NCBI GenBank assembly: GCA_965261395.1
Contig: OZ253462.1
Location: 1,824,001 to 1,888,000 of the forward strand
From: Candidatus Latescibacterota bacterium
GTDB lineage: Bacteria; Latescibacterota; UBA2968; UBA8231
DNA length: 64,000 bases
Direction of reading: 5' to 3'
Positions 31,707 through 42,481 of the stretch are shown here, piece after piece. Position 1 is the first letter of the stretch; each line of letters opens with the position of its first letter. A program made the position numbers and the translations under genes. The notes beneath the pieces were generated by a model. The model made no database searches. It saw only the letters and a list, made by a program, of their open reading frames with translations, and had not been told where the DNA came from.

Positions 31707-31737
31707 AAAGAAAAACGGCGGTGGCAACCCGCCGTTC
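31707..31737 (-). terminator. Putative terminator after nqrM
   Basis: Minus-strand AACGGCGG-gttgcca-CCGCCGTT followed by TTTCTTT. Confidence 0.6.
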
Positions 31738-31763
31738 TAACAAGTGTTTCCGCGCTTAAACGC

Positions 31764-31967
31764 TCAGCTCGTCTCCGACCCAGCATCCCCACACGAGCTG
31801 GGTGCCTGACCGCACTCGCACATAGGCTCGCCCAACGCATCGCGCATAGTGCCCAGCCCACCGCACGAACCCTGGATACGACGATTGCTGAAAATCACGC
31901 CGACGGCCATGGCGGCCATGACCAGCCCAAAGGCGGTGAAAGCAACGATAAGCGTGCTCATAGTCAT
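31764..31967 (-). CDS. nqrM: Na+-NQR maturation factor NqrM
   Basis: MAVGVIF...[13 protein letters not shown], immediately after nqrF. Confidence 0.85.
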   Translation of the reverse strand: MTMSTLIVAFTAFGLVMAAMAVGVIFSNRRIQGSCGGLGTMRDALGEPMCECGQAPSSCGDAGSETS

Positions 31968-31976
31968 CCTCGTTTC

Positions 31977-33215
31977 TCAAAACTCGTCAAAGCGGATCAT
32001 TTCCTCTTCGATGCCTAGATCGTCGAGCATCCCGAGCGCGGATCCGAGCATCAGCGGCGGGCCGCACAGGTAATATTCGACGTCTTCAGGGGAGGGATGG
32101 TCCTTGAGATAATGGTCGTGCACCACTTGGTGAATAAAGCCCACATAGCCGTCCCAATTGTCCTCTGGCCGCGGCTCGGACATGGCGATGTGGAAGGTGA
32201 AGTTGGGAAACTCTTCTTCGATTTTGCGGAAGTGGTCCTCGTAGAAGACCTCGTTGGGATTGCGCGCCCCGTACCAATAGGACACCTTGCGCCCCGTCTT
32301 GAGCGTGTGGAAAAGGTGGTATAGATGCGAGCGCAAAGGTGCCATGCCAGCGCCACCGCCGATATAGACCATCTCGCGGTCGGTTTCTTGGATGAAAAAT
32401 TCGCCGAAAGGCCCCGAGATCGTCACCATGTCGCCCGGCTTGCGGCTGAACACATACGAAGAGGCGATGCCGGGCGGCACATCCTCCCAGCCACCCTTTT
32501 CGCGGTCGGGCGGCGGAGTGGCGATGCGGATGTTGAGCATGATGATGTCGCCCTCGGCCGGGTGATTGGCCATTGAATAAGCGCGGAAGACGGGCTCGGT
32601 ATTGACGGCTTTGAAATCCCAGACCTTGAAGCGGTCCCAATCGGGGTGAAAGCGCTCCTCAATACCCTCAAAGTCCTTGAAGTCGCACTCGAAGGACGGC
32701 ACTTCGATCTGGATAAAGCCGCCGGGCTGGAAATCCAGCGTTTCGCCCTCGGGGAGCTTGACGATAAATTCCTTTATAAAGGTCGCCACGTTGTCGTTGG
32801 AGACGACTTCGCACTCCCACTTCTTGATCGAGAATACTTCGGGTGGCACTTCGATCTTCATGTCTTGCTTGACGTTGACCTGACAGGAGAGCCGCACGCC
32901 CTCGCGCGCCTCGCGCTTGGTAATGTGGCCGGTCTCGGAAAGCAAGATATCGCCACCACCCTCGTAGATGTTGACCTTGCACTGGGCGCAGGTGCCGCCG
33001 CCGCCGCAGGCCGAAGATACGAAGACCCTGTTGTCGGCCAGCACGTTGAGCAGCTTGCCTCCGGCTGGAACGGAAAGGGCCTTGCTCTCGTCGTCGTTGA
33101 TGAGGATCCGCACGTTGCCGCTGGGCACCAGCCGGGAGCGCGCGACCAAAATTACGGCCACTAGGGCCAGCACCACGCCCGTGAACATGCCGACGCCGGA
33201 AATAACTTCAGTCAT
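31977..33215 (-). CDS. nqrF: Na+-translocating NADH:quinone reductase subunit F
   Basis: [12 protein letters not shown] (2Fe-2S), [24 protein letters not shown] and YLCGPP. Confidence 0.96.
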   Translation of the reverse strand: MTEVISGVGMFTGVVLALVAVILVARSRLVPSGNVRILINDDESKALSVPAGGKLLNVLADNRVFVSSACGGGGTCAQCKVNIYEGGGDILLSETGHITKREAREGVRLSCQVNVKQDMKIEVPPEVFSIKKWECEVVSNDNVATFIKEFIVKLPEGETLDFQPGGFIQIEVPSFECDFKDFEGIEERFHPDWDRFKVWDFKAVNTEPVFRAYSMANHPAEGDIIMLNIRIATPPPDREKGGWEDVPPGIASSYVFSRKPGDMVTISGPFGEFFIQETDREMVYIGGGAGMAPLRSHLYHLFHTLKTGRKVSYWYGARNPNEVFYEDHFRKIEEEFPNFTFHIAMSEPRPEDNWDGYVGFIHQVVHDHYLKDHPSPEDVEYYLCGPPLMLGSALGMLDDLGIEEEMIRFDEF

Positions 33216-33231
33216 AAAACGCTCTTTTCTC

Positions 33232-33843
33232 TTATAGCTGAATACCGGAAAAGGACATAAAGGCCAACGACATCAGCCCCACCGTAATGAAGGTGATCCC
33301 GAGGCCGCGCAGCCCTGGGGGCACGTCGCTGTATTTCATCTTCTCGCGGATGCCCGCCAGCGCGACGATGGCCAGTGCCCAGCCGAAGCCAGAGCCAAAG
33401 CCAAAAACCACGCTCTCGCCTAAGTTGTAGTCGCGCTCGACCATGAACAGCGAACCGCCCAGAATCGCGCAATTGACGGTAATCAAGGGCAGGAAGATGC
33501 CGAGGGCATTATAGAGGGACGGCACGAACTTGTCGAGAAACATCTCGAGGATCTGCACCATGGCGGCGATGATACCGATGTAGCTAATCAGCCCGACAAA
33601 GGTCAGATCTACCCCACTCAAGCCCGCCCACGCCAGCGCGTCTTCCTTGAGCAGATACTGGTAGATTAGATTGTTGGCTGGGACGGTAACCGTCTGTACC
33701 ACGATTACGGCGATCCCAAGCCCGAACGCCGTCTGCACCTCCTTGGAGACCGCTAGAAAAGTACACATCCCCAAAAAGAAGGCCAGCGCCATGTTCTCGA
33801 CGAACACGGACTTCATAAATATGCTCAGATAGGCTTCGACCAT
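33232..33843 (-). CDS. nqrE: Na+-NQR subunit E
   Basis: [24 protein letters not shown] and [14 protein letters not shown]. Confidence 0.96.
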   Translation of the reverse strand: MVEAYLSIFMKSVFVENMALAFFLGMCTFLAVSKEVQTAFGLGIAVIVVQTVTVPANNLIYQYLLKEDALAWAGLSGVDLTFVGLISYIGIIAAMVQILEMFLDKFVPSLYNALGIFLPLITVNCAILGGSLFMVERDYNLGESVVFGFGSGFGWALAIVALAGIREKMKYSDVPPGLRGLGITFITVGLMSLAFMSFSGIQL

Positions 33844-33849
33844 GTTCAG

Positions 33850-34473
33850 TTACTCCTTCTCAACCTGCTCGCTCTTCCAGCTTCGGAGCGCCCATATAAA
33901 TAAACCAATGATGAAAAACGCGCTCGGCGGCAAGAGCATCAGGCCGTTGGGCGCGTACCAGCCCCCCTCGGTAGCCAATGCGAACATTTGCGCCCCAAAG
34001 AGCGAACCCGACCCGAATAACTCGCGCAACACGCCGACGACCATCAGAATGACGCTGTAGCCCAAGGCATTGCCCAAGCCGTCGAGAAAGCTCAGCCCAG
34101 GACCGTTCTGCAAGGCGAAAGCCTCGGCTCGCCCCATGATGATGCAGTTGGTAATGATCAGCCCGACGAAGACCGAAAGCTGCTTGCTGATCTCAAAAGC
34201 ATAGGCGCGCAGGAACTGATCGACGACAATGACCAGCGAGGCGATGATCGTCATCTCCACAATAATGCGGATGTTGGCCGGGATGAAGCTGCGAATCAAG
34301 CTGACGGCCACGTTGGAGCAGCAGAGCACGAAAATGACCGCCAAGCACATGGTGACGGTGGTCTCCAACTTGGTCGTCACCGCCAAGGCCGAGCATATAC
34401 CGAGGCTCAGCAAGGCAATGGGATTGGAATCAAAGAGCGGCCCGAAGAGGACGTCTCTTGGTTTGTCAGCCAT
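33850..34473 (-). CDS. nqrD: Na+-NQR subunit D
   Basis: [32 protein letters not shown] and PPSAF. Confidence 0.96.
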   Translation of the reverse strand: MADKPRDVLFGPLFDSNPIALLSLGICSALAVTTKLETTVTMCLAVIFVLCCSNVAVSLIRSFIPANIRIIVEMTIIASLVIVVDQFLRAYAFEISKQLSVFVGLIITNCIIMGRAEAFALQNGPGLSFLDGLGNALGYSVILMVVGVLRELFGSGSLFGAQMFALATEGGWYAPNGLMLLPPSAFFIIGLFIWALRSWKSEQVEKE

Positions 34474-35265
34474 TTAGCTAACTCCTCGTTCTTTGAGCTT
34501 GGCCAGATACGGCCCAAAGGCTTCCGCACCCAACCAGTAGCGCAGCATGTCCCTGACGCCGCGCGAGGTAATGGTGGCACCCGACAGCCCATCGACCTGA
34601 TACTGGGCTTCGGGCCGTCCCTGAACGACCTTGCCCCTGATCACTTCGATGCGCACTGCGCCGCTTTCGTCGAAGGCCTTTTTGCCGTCCCAGAGGGCCT
34701 TCCAGCTAGGGTTATCAACCTCGCCCCCCAAACCCGGCGTCTCGGCGTGTTCGTAGTACACCAGCCCGCGGATGGTATTGAGATCCTTGGCATCGAGGGC
34801 CACAAATCCATAGAGCGTGGACCACAGTCCTAAGCCGTGGACGGGCAGGATGACCTTTTTGATCTTGTCCTTCTGCGAGACCAAGTACACCGAGGCATGA
34901 AGCGCGCGGCGCCTGACGTTGGCGATATCCACAGCGGTCGGTACCACCGCGTTCTGCGCCGGATCTTTGGCCGCCTGCCGCTGGTCGTAGGCGACCGGGT
35001 CCACGCCATCGACGTATTCGCCGGTCGCCAAATCGACGACGCGGGGATTTATATTTTGGTACAACTCCCCGACGCGCTCGCCGCTGGCGACCTCGCCGGA
35101 CTTCAGCAGGCCGGCGGCCATTAGGATATTGCGCTTCTTGTCGAGCGCCTTGTTGACCGCTTGGGTCGGCCGCAGCGACACTGCCGCCGCCGATACCAGC
35201 ACCGAGCAGACGAGGCAGACGCCGAGCGCCACGCCGAATGTTCTACCTACTGAATCGTTAGCCAC
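34474..35265 (-). CDS. nqrC: Na+-NQR subunit C
   Basis: GLWST.YG, ETPGLGGE, and the FMN-attachment motif VDGLSGAT. Confidence 0.95.
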   Translation of the reverse strand: MANDSVGRTFGVALGVCLVCSVLVSAAAVSLRPTQAVNKALDKKRNILMAAGLLKSGEVASGERVGELYQNINPRVVDLATGEYVDGVDPVAYDQRQAAKDPAQNAVVPTAVDIANVRRRALHASVYLVSQKDKIKKVILPVHGLGLWSTLYGFVALDAKDLNTIRGLVYYEHAETPGLGGEVDNPSWKALWDGKKAFDESGAVRIEVIRGKVVQGRPEAQYQVDGLSGATITSRGVRDMLRYWLGAEAFGPYLAKLKERGVS

Positions 35266-35279
35266 TTTGTCTATCTCTC

Positions 35280-36497
35280 CTAAGAGCTGACAGCGGTGCG
35301 GGCCAGCCTGCGCTTGATGTTGGCTTGCATTGCCACGTGGTCAATCACGGGTGCGAAGACATTGCCAAAGAGAATGGCCAGCATTACGCCTTCGGGGAAG
35401 GCCGGGTTGATCACGCGGATCAGCACGGTCATAAAGCCTATGAGCGCCCCATACGCCCACCGCCCGGTCGGGGTCATCGACGCCGACACCGGGTCCGTCG
35501 CCATATAGACGCAGCCAAAGGCATATCCGCCCAGCACCAAATGCCAACTCGCGTCCATCTCGAACATCGGGTTAGTATCGCTGCCAATCGCGTGCAGCAA
35601 CTCGGCGCAGACGACCGTGGCCGCCGTCATGCTGACGATGATTTGCCAAGAGCCGACCCTAGTCGCTATGAGGATGGCTGCGCCGATCAAGCAAGCTAGG
35701 GTCGATGTTTCTCCCATGGACCCGGGGATTGCGCCCAAGAAGGCCTGCATCCAAGTCACCGAGCTGGTAAAGGCTGCCATGCCGTCGGCGGCAGCAGCCC
35801 CCAACGGGGTAGCGTGCGTAAAACCGTCGGCGGCGACCCAGACCGCGTCGCCGGTGATCTCGGCCGGATAGGCAAAATAGAGAAAGGCCCGCCCGGTCAG
35901 CGCTGGATTGAGGAAATTTTTGCCGGTGCCACCAAAGACCTCTTTGCCCAGTACCACGCCGAAACTGATGCCGATGGCCACCTGCCACAGGGGGATCGTC
36001 GGCGGCAGGGTCAGGGGAAAAAGCATGCCCGTCACCAAGAAGCCTTCGTTGATCTCGTGCTTGCGAACCATCGCGAAAAGCCCCTCCCACAGACCGCCCA
36101 CCATATTGCACACCAAAAAGACTGGAAAAAAATAGAGGAAGCCGTGGAATATATTGGCCAGCGGGTTATGGGGGTTGTAGCCGATGCCGAGGATATCGAT
36201 GATTATCCCGCGCCATTCGCCCGTCGTGGCGGCCTCCATTTGCTGCATGGCCAGATTGATCTGATAGCCGGTGTTCCACATGGCCATGAAGATACAGGGC
36301 ACTAGCGCGGCGACGACCGTAACCATCGTGCGCTTGAGGTCTATGCCGTCGCGCACATGCGTCGGCCCCTCAGTGACGCGGCCGGGCGTATATAAAAATG
36401 TATCGGCTGCCTCGTATAGGGCATAGAGCTTTTCCAGCCGCCCCCCTTTGTGGAAAAGGGGCTCGGCTTGGTCGAGCAGATCTCGCAAAACCTTCAT
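35280..36497 (-). CDS. nqrB: Na+-NQR subunit B
   Basis: [33 protein letters not shown] and MATDPVS. Confidence 0.95.
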   Translation of the reverse strand: MKVLRDLLDQAEPLFHKGGRLEKLYALYEAADTFLYTPGRVTEGPTHVRDGIDLKRTMVTVVAALVPCIFMAMWNTGYQINLAMQQMEAATTGEWRGIIIDILGIGYNPHNPLANIFHGFLYFFPVFLVCNMVGGLWEGLFAMVRKHEINEGFLVTGMLFPLTLPPTIPLWQVAIGISFGVVLGKEVFGGTGKNFLNPALTGRAFLYFAYPAEITGDAVWVAADGFTHATPLGAAAADGMAAFTSSVTWMQAFLGAIPGSMGETSTLACLIGAAILIATRVGSWQIIVSMTAATVVCAELLHAIGSDTNPMFEMDASWHLVLGGYAFGCVYMATDPVSASMTPTGRWAYGALIGFMTVLIRVINPAFPEGVMLAILFGNVFAPVIDHVAMQANIKRRLARTAVSS

Positions 36498-36506
36498 TGA
36501 ATGCGC

Positions 36507-37853
36507 CTATCCTTCTCTTTCAATTCTCGCCAAAATTTGCCGCAGGATGGGTCCGTATTCGTACTTGCCGGGGCACGCGAAAGTACACAGCCCCAAGTCC
36601 TCCTCGTCCAACTCCAGACAGCCAAGAGCTTGGGCGCGGTCCGTATCCTCGACGATGAGGGCGCGGAGGAGTAGGGTCGCGAGGATGTCCAGCGGCATCA
36701 CCTGCTCGTACGAGCCGATCGGCACCATGGCTCGGTCGCTGCCCTCGGTCGAGGTGGTAAAGTCGAAAAGCTGGCTGGGCAGCAGCTTAGAGGCAAAGAC
36801 ATTCTTGATGGAAAACTTATCGACGCCCGGTTTCTGCCACCCCAGAAACTCGCGCTCGCGGCCCTCGGCTAGCATCGAGACCTGCGCGTGGTAGCGACCG
36901 AGAAAGTCCAAGGGGCCGGACGCGACCCGACCCGCCAGCACCGGCCCAGCAATGACCCGATTCTCACCCGGCTTGAGCTGGCCCGCCGTCAGCTCGCTTA
37001 GGCAGGCTCCTTGGCGGGTACGCAACAGGCGCGGCTGCTCCACTTGGGGGCCGCCCAAGGCCACGACGCGCTCGGTCCACAACGAGCCGGTGGCAAAGAG
37101 CTTACCGCAGGCCACTACGTCTTGGTAGCCAATGTACCAGACGGTCTTGCCCGCCCCGACCGGATCGAGAAAGTGGATGTGGGTGCCGGGCAACCCCGCG
37201 GGATGCGGACCGACAAATTCGACGACCTGGGCACCATCGGCCGAAATGCTGGCACCGGGAGCCTTGCACACATAGACCGGCCCGTCGGTGAGCTTACCCA
37301 ATATGGTCAAACCCCGAGCAAAGTCGTCTTCGTGCCCGCGGAGCACAACTTGGGGATCGGCCGCGAGGGGATTGGTGTCCATCGCGGTGACGAAAAGCGA
37401 GTGCGGCGTGCTATCGGGCACGGGCACTCTGCTGTAGGGTCGCGTGCGCAGCGCAGGCCAGAGGCCGGACGCCACCAAGGTTTCGCTCACCTGCTGGCGG
37501 CTTAGCTGGTCAGGTGCCGTTCGCGTGTGCTGCGCAAAGCGCTCTTCCTCATCTCCGGCGACCTCAATGACGACCGAGAGCAAGGTGCGTTTGGCACCGC
37601 GGTGGACGCCGGTCACTTTACCGCTCGCCGGCGACGTATAGCGCACGCCCGGGGTCCTCTTGTCCTCGAAGAGCAACTGGCCCTTTTTGACCGAATCGCC
37701 CTCGCTTACGGCCATCGTCGGCCGCAAATCAATCGAGTCCGGCCCCAAGACGGCCACCTGCTCAATCGCCGGACCGTCTTCGATTACTTGCTCCGGCGCA
37801 CCAGCAATGGGCAGGTCCAACCCTTTTTTTATTACAATTTTACTACTGGCCAT
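36507..37853 (-). CDS. nqrA: Na+-NQR subunit A
   Basis: [17 protein letters not shown], and [20 protein letters not shown]. Confidence 0.95.
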   Translation of the reverse strand: MASSKIVIKKGLDLPIAGAPEQVIEDGPAIEQVAVLGPDSIDLRPTMAVSEGDSVKKGQLLFEDKRTPGVRYTSPASGKVTGVHRGAKRTLLSVVIEVAGDEEERFAQHTRTAPDQLSRQQVSETLVASGLWPALRTRPYSRVPVPDSTPHSLFVTAMDTNPLAADPQVVLRGHEDDFARGLTILGKLTDGPVYVCKAPGASISADGAQVVEFVGPHPAGLPGTHIHFLDPVGAGKTVWYIGYQDVVACGKLFATGSLWTERVVALGGPQVEQPRLLRTRQGACLSELTAGQLKPGENRVIAGPVLAGRVASGPLDFLGRYHAQVSMLAEGREREFLGWQKPGVDKFSIKNVFASKLLPSQLFDFTTSTEGSDRAMVPIGSYEQVMPLDILATLLLRALIVEDTDRAQALGCLELDEEDLGLCTFACPGKYEYGPILRQILARIEREG

Positions 37854-37892
37854 TATGCGCGCTGCGCGATCCCCTTTCAAAAGTGAACGCCA

Positions 37893-37966
37893 CTAAAACT
37901 GGCCAGTTTTAGCCAGCCAGCCCCACTTCGCCGCCGAAGAGTAGCCAAGGTTTTAGCATCTCGCAA
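37893..37966 (-). promoter_or_regulatory. nqr promoter with a palindromic operator-like site
   Basis: TTGCGA-17 nt-TACTCT (37966-37938), a perfect 20-bp palindrome CTAAAACTGGCCAGTTTTAG at 37893-37912, and an extra GCTAAAAC half-site in the promoter spacer. Confidence 0.6.
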
Positions 37967-38166
37967 TCGGCCAGACATCAAAGCGCGGGCGCGCTGTCCA
38001 GCCTGCTCACCTTCCCCTCCCGCAAACAGCCTAAAAATAAAAGCCAAGAAACGCGATGGAGCAAGCCATTTGCGCGGCAGTCGTGGGCCGGCCCTCTCGC
38101 CGAACTTGCCAAGCCGGGTGAAACCTCGGATTTTAGACGCTCATCCACCAAACTGATCGAGGATTT

Positions 38167-39171
38167 ATGAACCTGAATGCGCCCGCAACGCGCGAGGAAA
38201 TCGCCGCCCTCTACCAAAATCCCATACTCGACCTCGTGTATCGCGCCGCGACCGTCCATCGAGCACACCACGATCCACGGCAAGTACAGGTCTGCACTCT
38301 GCTTTCGATCAAGACCGGTGGCTGTCCTGAAAATTGCAGCTATTGCTCGCAGTCGGCCCACTTCGATACGGGCCTCGAACGCCAAGACCTGCTGTCGCTA
38401 GACGCCGTGCGCGAAGCCGCTGAGCGCGCCGCGGCCGCTGGTAGCACGCGCTTCTGCATGGGCGCGGCCTGGCGTCAAGTCCGCGATGGCGTGGAGTTCG
38501 ACCGCGTATTGGACATGGTGCGCACGGTCGCTGCCACCGGCATGGAAGTCTGCTGCACGTTGGGCATGCTCAGCGCCGACCAAGCCCAGCGGCTGCGGGA
38601 AGCCGGCCTCCACGCGTACAACCACAACTTGGACACCGGGGAAAACTACTACCCCGAAATCGTCTCCACCCGCACCTATCGCGACCGCATCGAGACCCTA
38701 GGCCACGTCGGTCGTGCCGGGATTTCGGTCTGCTGCGGCGGCATCTTGGGCATGGGCGAAAGCGACGAAGACCGCATCGATTTGCTCTGCGCGCTCTTGC
38801 AACTACCAAAGCCGCCGGAATCCATACCGGTCAACGCCCTAGTACCTATCGCCGGGACGCCGCTCGGAGACCGCGAAAAGGTGACCGCGTGGGAACTCGT
38901 CCGCATGATCGCCTGCGCCCGCATCCTCTTTCCCACGGCCACGGTGCGCCTCTCGGCTGGCCGCGACCAGCTCTCGACAGCCGAACAAGCTCTGTGCTTT
39001 TTGGCCGGGGCCAATTCCATCTTCTCGGGCGACCGCCTGTTGACTACGCCCCACCCCGGCACCGACGCCGACCAAGCCCTCTTCGACCTGCTCGACCTAG
39101 AGGCGCGGCCGCCGCAAGAGCCTTCAGAGCGCGTCGATCAGCTCGCAGAAGCAGTCGTAGATCGAGGCTAG
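38167..39171 (+). CDS. bioB: Biotin synthase
   Basis: Radical SAM CPENCSYC, YNHNLD, CCGGI.G.GE, RLSAGR and AGANSIF. Confidence 0.96.
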   Translation: MNLNAPATREEIAALYQNPILDLVYRAATVHRAHHDPRQVQVCTLLSIKTGGCPENCSYCSQSAHFDTGLERQDLLSLDAVREAAERAAAAGSTRFCMGAAWRQVRDGVEFDRVLDMVRTVAATGMEVCCTLGMLSADQAQRLREAGLHAYNHNLDTGENYYPEIVSTRTYRDRIETLGHVGRAGISVCCGGILGMGESDEDRIDLLCALLQLPKPPESIPVNALVPIAGTPLGDREKVTAWELVRMIACARILFPTATVRLSAGRDQLSTAEQALCFLAGANSIFSGDRLLTTPHPGTDADQALFDLLDLEARPPQEPSERVDQLAEAVVDRG

Positions 39172-40410
39172 CTGCGACCGCTCAATGCAGTAGGGCGGCA
39201 GCACGTACACGCTATTGCCCAGTGGCCGCAACAGGAATCCCCGCGCCAAAAAGCGCTCTCTCAGCAGCGGTCCTACCTCGTGCAGGTATCCTTCCTCGAC
39301 CTCGACTACCACGTCCGCAGCCACAATCGTACCGCACACCCGCACCCGCTTGAGCCGCGGGTGGCTGCACAGACGCACCACTTCCTCGCGCTGCCAATCC
39401 GCTAGACGGCGGAAGCGCTTGCCAGCGAGCAGATCCAGCGAGGCCAGCGCGGCCGCGCATCCCAAGGGATTGGCCGTATAGGAGTGCCCGTGATAGAAGG
39501 CTTTAGCGGGGTCGTCGTGATAGAAAGCCGAGAACACCCGCTCGCTGCAAACGGTGGCCGCCATGGGCAAAAAGCCGCCGGTCAGTCCCTTGGCCAAGCA
39601 GATGATATCGGGTTGGGTCGCGGCTTTCTCACAGGCGAAGAGCGCCCCAGTGCGCCCAAATCCGGTTAGCACCTCGTCGTAGATGGCCAACACGTCGCAT
39701 TGGCGCAACAGCGCCTGTACGGCCACGAGAAAATGCGGGCGGCACATCCGCATGCCCCCAGCGCCCTGCACCAGCGGCTCGAGTATCATGGCCGCGTACT
39801 GGCTAGGATGGCGTGCCAACAGCTCCTCCAGCCGCGCGAGTGCCCGCGCCTCTTTGGCCTCTATCTCCCCATCGCCTTCCCAAGTGGCCGGGAAGGGCAC
39901 GGCGTCGGCCGGAAAAAGCAAGTCGGCAAAAGGGCGCGTAAAAAGCGAGCGCTCCCCCACCGACATTGCCCCGAGCGTATCGCCGTGATAGGCCCCTTCC
40001 AAGCGCAGAAAGCGCGTGCGATTGCGCTCTCCCTGGTTGTGCCAAAACTGATAGGCCAGCTTGAGCGCAACCTCCACGGCCGTCGAGCCATCGTCCGAGT
40101 AGAAGAGCCACCTTAAAGGCGCGGGCAAGGCATCTGCCAGCCGTCGGGCCAACTCTTCGGCGGGGCGATGGGTAAACCCAGCCGCTATTACCTGTTCCAA
40201 CTCTTTGGCTTGTTTAGCCACAGCCGCGGCGATTTCGGGCTGACCGTGGCCGTGCAAGGTCACCCACCAACTCGAAATGCAGTCGAGGATCTGCCGCCCA
40301 TCCTCCAGCTCTAGCACCGCCCCGCGGCCAGCGCGCACCTGCTGCACTGGCCGCGCCGCCTTCATCTGGGTAAAAGGCGACCATACGTGGGAAGAAGCGT
40401 GCTCAGTCAT
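39124..40410 (-). CDS. bioA: Adenosylmethionine-8-amino-7-oxononanoate (DAPA) aminotransferase
   Basis: W.PFTQM, SSWWV.LHGH, GSTAVEVALK, YHGDT, DEV.TGFGRTG, AKGLTGG and HGHSYT.NP. Confidence 0.95.
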   Translation of the reverse strand: MTEHASSHVWSPFTQMKAARPVQQVRAGRGAVLELEDGRQILDCISSWWVTLHGHGQPEIAAAVAKQAKELEQVIAAGFTHRPAEELARRLADALPAPLRWLFYSDDGSTAVEVALKLAYQFWHNQGERNRTRFLRLEGAYHGDTLGAMSVGERSLFTRPFADLLFPADAVPFPATWEGDGEIEAKEARALARLEELLARHPSQYAAMILEPLVQGAGGMRMCRPHFLVAVQALLRQCDVLAIYDEVLTGFGRTGALFACEKAATQPDIICLAKGLTGGFLPMAATVCSERVFSAFYHDDPAKAFYHGHSYTANPLGCAAALASLDLLAGKRFRRLADWQREEVVRLCSHPRLKRVRVCGTIVAADVVVEVEEGYLHEVGPLLRERFLARGFLLRPLGNSVYVLPPYCIERSQLASIYDCFCELIDAL

Positions 40411-41026
40411 GGCGGCCAAAATAGCGAGCAAAAAGCGCCCGGACCTTGGCGGGCGACAGCTCTATCCGGCGGTCAATTGCGGCCAGCACCGGCACCTGTC
40501 CGTAGTGGGCAATAGCTCGGCAGTTGGCTGGGTTGGGGGAGCCGTTGACCACCACGCCCAAAAGCGGGCAACCGCGACGGCGCAATTGGTCTAGCGTCAA
40601 TAGGGTGTGATTAATGGTACCCAATTCGCTGCGCGCTACCACCAGCACCGGCAAAGCCAGATTGACCATCAGATCGACCATCAAGTGCCGGTCATCGAGC
40701 GGCACCATAACCCCGCCAGCCCCTTCGACGATCAAGCGCTTCCGCTTGGGCAGCGCAAAGCGGCTCATCTCTATCTGTATGCCCTCGCACCGGGCCGCCT
40801 CGTGCGGCGACAGGGGAGCGCGCAAGCGATAGGTCTCCGGCAGGACGCGCTCGTCCGGTAGGCCAGCGACGCGACGCACCCAATCGGCGTCCGCATCGGC
40901 CCCGCTTTGCACGGGCTTCCAATAGGCGGCCTCCAGCCCCGCGGCCAGCAGAGCCGCGACATAGGACTTGCCGACGCCCGTATCCGTGCCGGTGACGAAC
41001 AAGCGCGCGGGAAGCTTAGCCGCCAC
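40403..41026 (-). CDS. bioD: Dethiobiotin synthase
   Basis: FVTGTDTGVGKS, WKPVQSG, VEGAGG and LGTINHT. Confidence 0.95.
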   Translation of the reverse strand: MAAKLPARLFVTGTDTGVGKSYVAALLAAGLEAAYWKPVQSGADADADWVRRVAGLPDERVLPETYRLRAPLSPHEAARCEGIQIEMSRFALPKRKRLIVEGAGGVMVPLDDRHLMVDLMVNLALPVLVVARSELGTINHTLLTLDQLRRRGCPLLGVVVNGSPNPANCRAIAHYGQVPVLAAIDRRIELSPAKVRALFARYFGRHD

Positions 41027-41822
41027 AATCCCCCGCTTTCTCGACAGATAGATAATGAATAGCGCACGTGACCTCCACGCCGTTGGGGCAGTCGCGATCC
41101 CAGCCGCGCAGGAACCGACGCAATTGCGCTGGGCCGAGGGCACTCAGCCTCGCCGACGTGTGGGCACCCGTGCGCTTGAGGTGGCGCAAAAAGGCATGCG
41201 CAGTCTGAAAGCGCAGCGCGATCACCTGTTCCCATTGGCGCACTGCGACCGGCTCGGCGGCGAATACGCGGGCGACAGACGCTACGTCGGGCAAGGCGTT
41301 GGCGCTGCAGGGCACGCCTTGGCGCGCACATTGGCGGTGCCATTCGGCGTATGAACCCGCCCCCGGATAGCAGCAGAGCAATCGCCCGCCGGGTTTGAGC
41401 GCGGCCAGTAGCTGCTGTAGGCCCGCGTGCAAATCGGCGAACCAGTGCACCACAAAGCTGGCGCAGATCAAGGCGTAGCATCCCTCGCTTGCTAGCTGCT
41501 CCCCGTCCAAGACCCGATAGCAGATGTCTGGATGGGCGGTCTCAGCGGCCATTTTTTGCCGACAATGCGCGACCATGGCCGGCGCAAGGTCGGTCAACTC
41601 CAAGCGACGCTCTGGGAAGAGCGCGGCCAAGGACGCGCTCAAAAAGCCCGTACCGCAACCGATTTCAAGCACCGGGCCTTCCACTAGATTCCCAGCGCAT
41701 TCGACGGCGCATTCGGCCAAAGTAGCAGCACCAACACACTGCTCCTCAGCGTAGCAGTCGTACGTCGGGGCGCTGCGGGAGAAATTCTCGACGACGCGCG
41801 CTTTGAAACTCGCTTCCGTCAT
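41016..41822 (-). CDS. bioC: Malonyl-ACP O-methyltransferase
   Basis: FSRSA.TYD, LEIGCGTG, and its position in the bio operon. Confidence 0.85.
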   Translation of the reverse strand: MTEASFKARVVENFSRSAPTYDCYAEEQCVGAATLAECAVECAGNLVEGPVLEIGCGTGFLSASLAALFPERRLELTDLAPAMVAHCRQKMAAETAHPDICYRVLDGEQLASEGCYALICASFVVHWFADLHAGLQQLLAALKPGGRLLCCYPGAGSYAEWHRQCARQGVPCSANALPDVASVARVFAAEPVAVRQWEQVIALRFQTAHAFLRHLKRTGAHTSARLSALGPAQLRRFLRGWDRDCPNGVEVTCAIHYLSVEKAGDCGG

Positions 41823-42481
41823 ACAGGATGCATCCCGCGCCAAGCCCGTTCAACCCGTTCCCAACACGCGCGGACATGCGTCAGGGGCAGCGCGTGACCC
41901 GCCTCCGCGACGATGGCAAGCGCGCTGTTAGGCAGTAGCTCGCATAGCTCCTCAGCCCGCTCCATCGGCACCACGCGGTCGCGGCTGCCGTGCAAAATGA
42001 GCACCTGTGCTGCCGCCGGTATCGCGCTTAGTTCCAGCACGCTCTCCTGCAACAGTTGCAAATCGCGGCGCAGGCTGTCGACGTCAATGGCCCCGGGCCA
42101 GCGGCTGTCTGGCGGCGCGCCACAACGGGCATAAAAATCGGTCAACAAGGCCGCTGGCTCGCTCTCTAAGCGCGCGAGCATCTGCTCTACCGTGCGGCGC
42201 GAGCGCCGGGCCTGGCGGTCGCACGGCGAGTGAAAGCTGTGAAAGCCGCTGATGACCACGATCAACTCCGCCGCTGCACATAGCTGCGGCGACAACAGGT
42301 GCAAGCTGAGGGAGTGCGCCAAGACAATGCGCGGCTGAGCCGCGACCACCACGGCTGGGCCAAAATACCCTCGGTCTGGACAGTGCAGCACAAAGCCAGC
42401 GGGTAAAACATCTCGCCAGCGTTCCCAACACCAAGCGCCAAAGCCCCACCCGTGTTGGGCGACCACGTCAACGCCGGCCAT
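41819..42481 (-). CDS. Alpha/beta hydrolase, probable pimeloyl-ACP methyl ester esterase (BioH-like)
   Basis: HGWG oxyanion loop, AHSLS nucleophile, HG..D.VVP and GHALP. Lies between bioF and bioC. Confidence 0.75.
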   Translation of the reverse strand: MAGVDVVAQHGWGFGAWCWERWRDVLPAGFVLHCPDRGYFGPAVVVAAQPRIVLAHSLSLHLLSPQLCAAAELIVVISGFHSFHSPCDRQARRSRRTVEQMLARLESEPAALLTDFYARCGAPPDSRWPGAIDVDSLRRDLQLLQESVLELSAIPAAAQVLILHGSRDRVVPMERAEELCELLPNSALAIVAEAGHALPLTHVRACWERVERAWRGMHPV

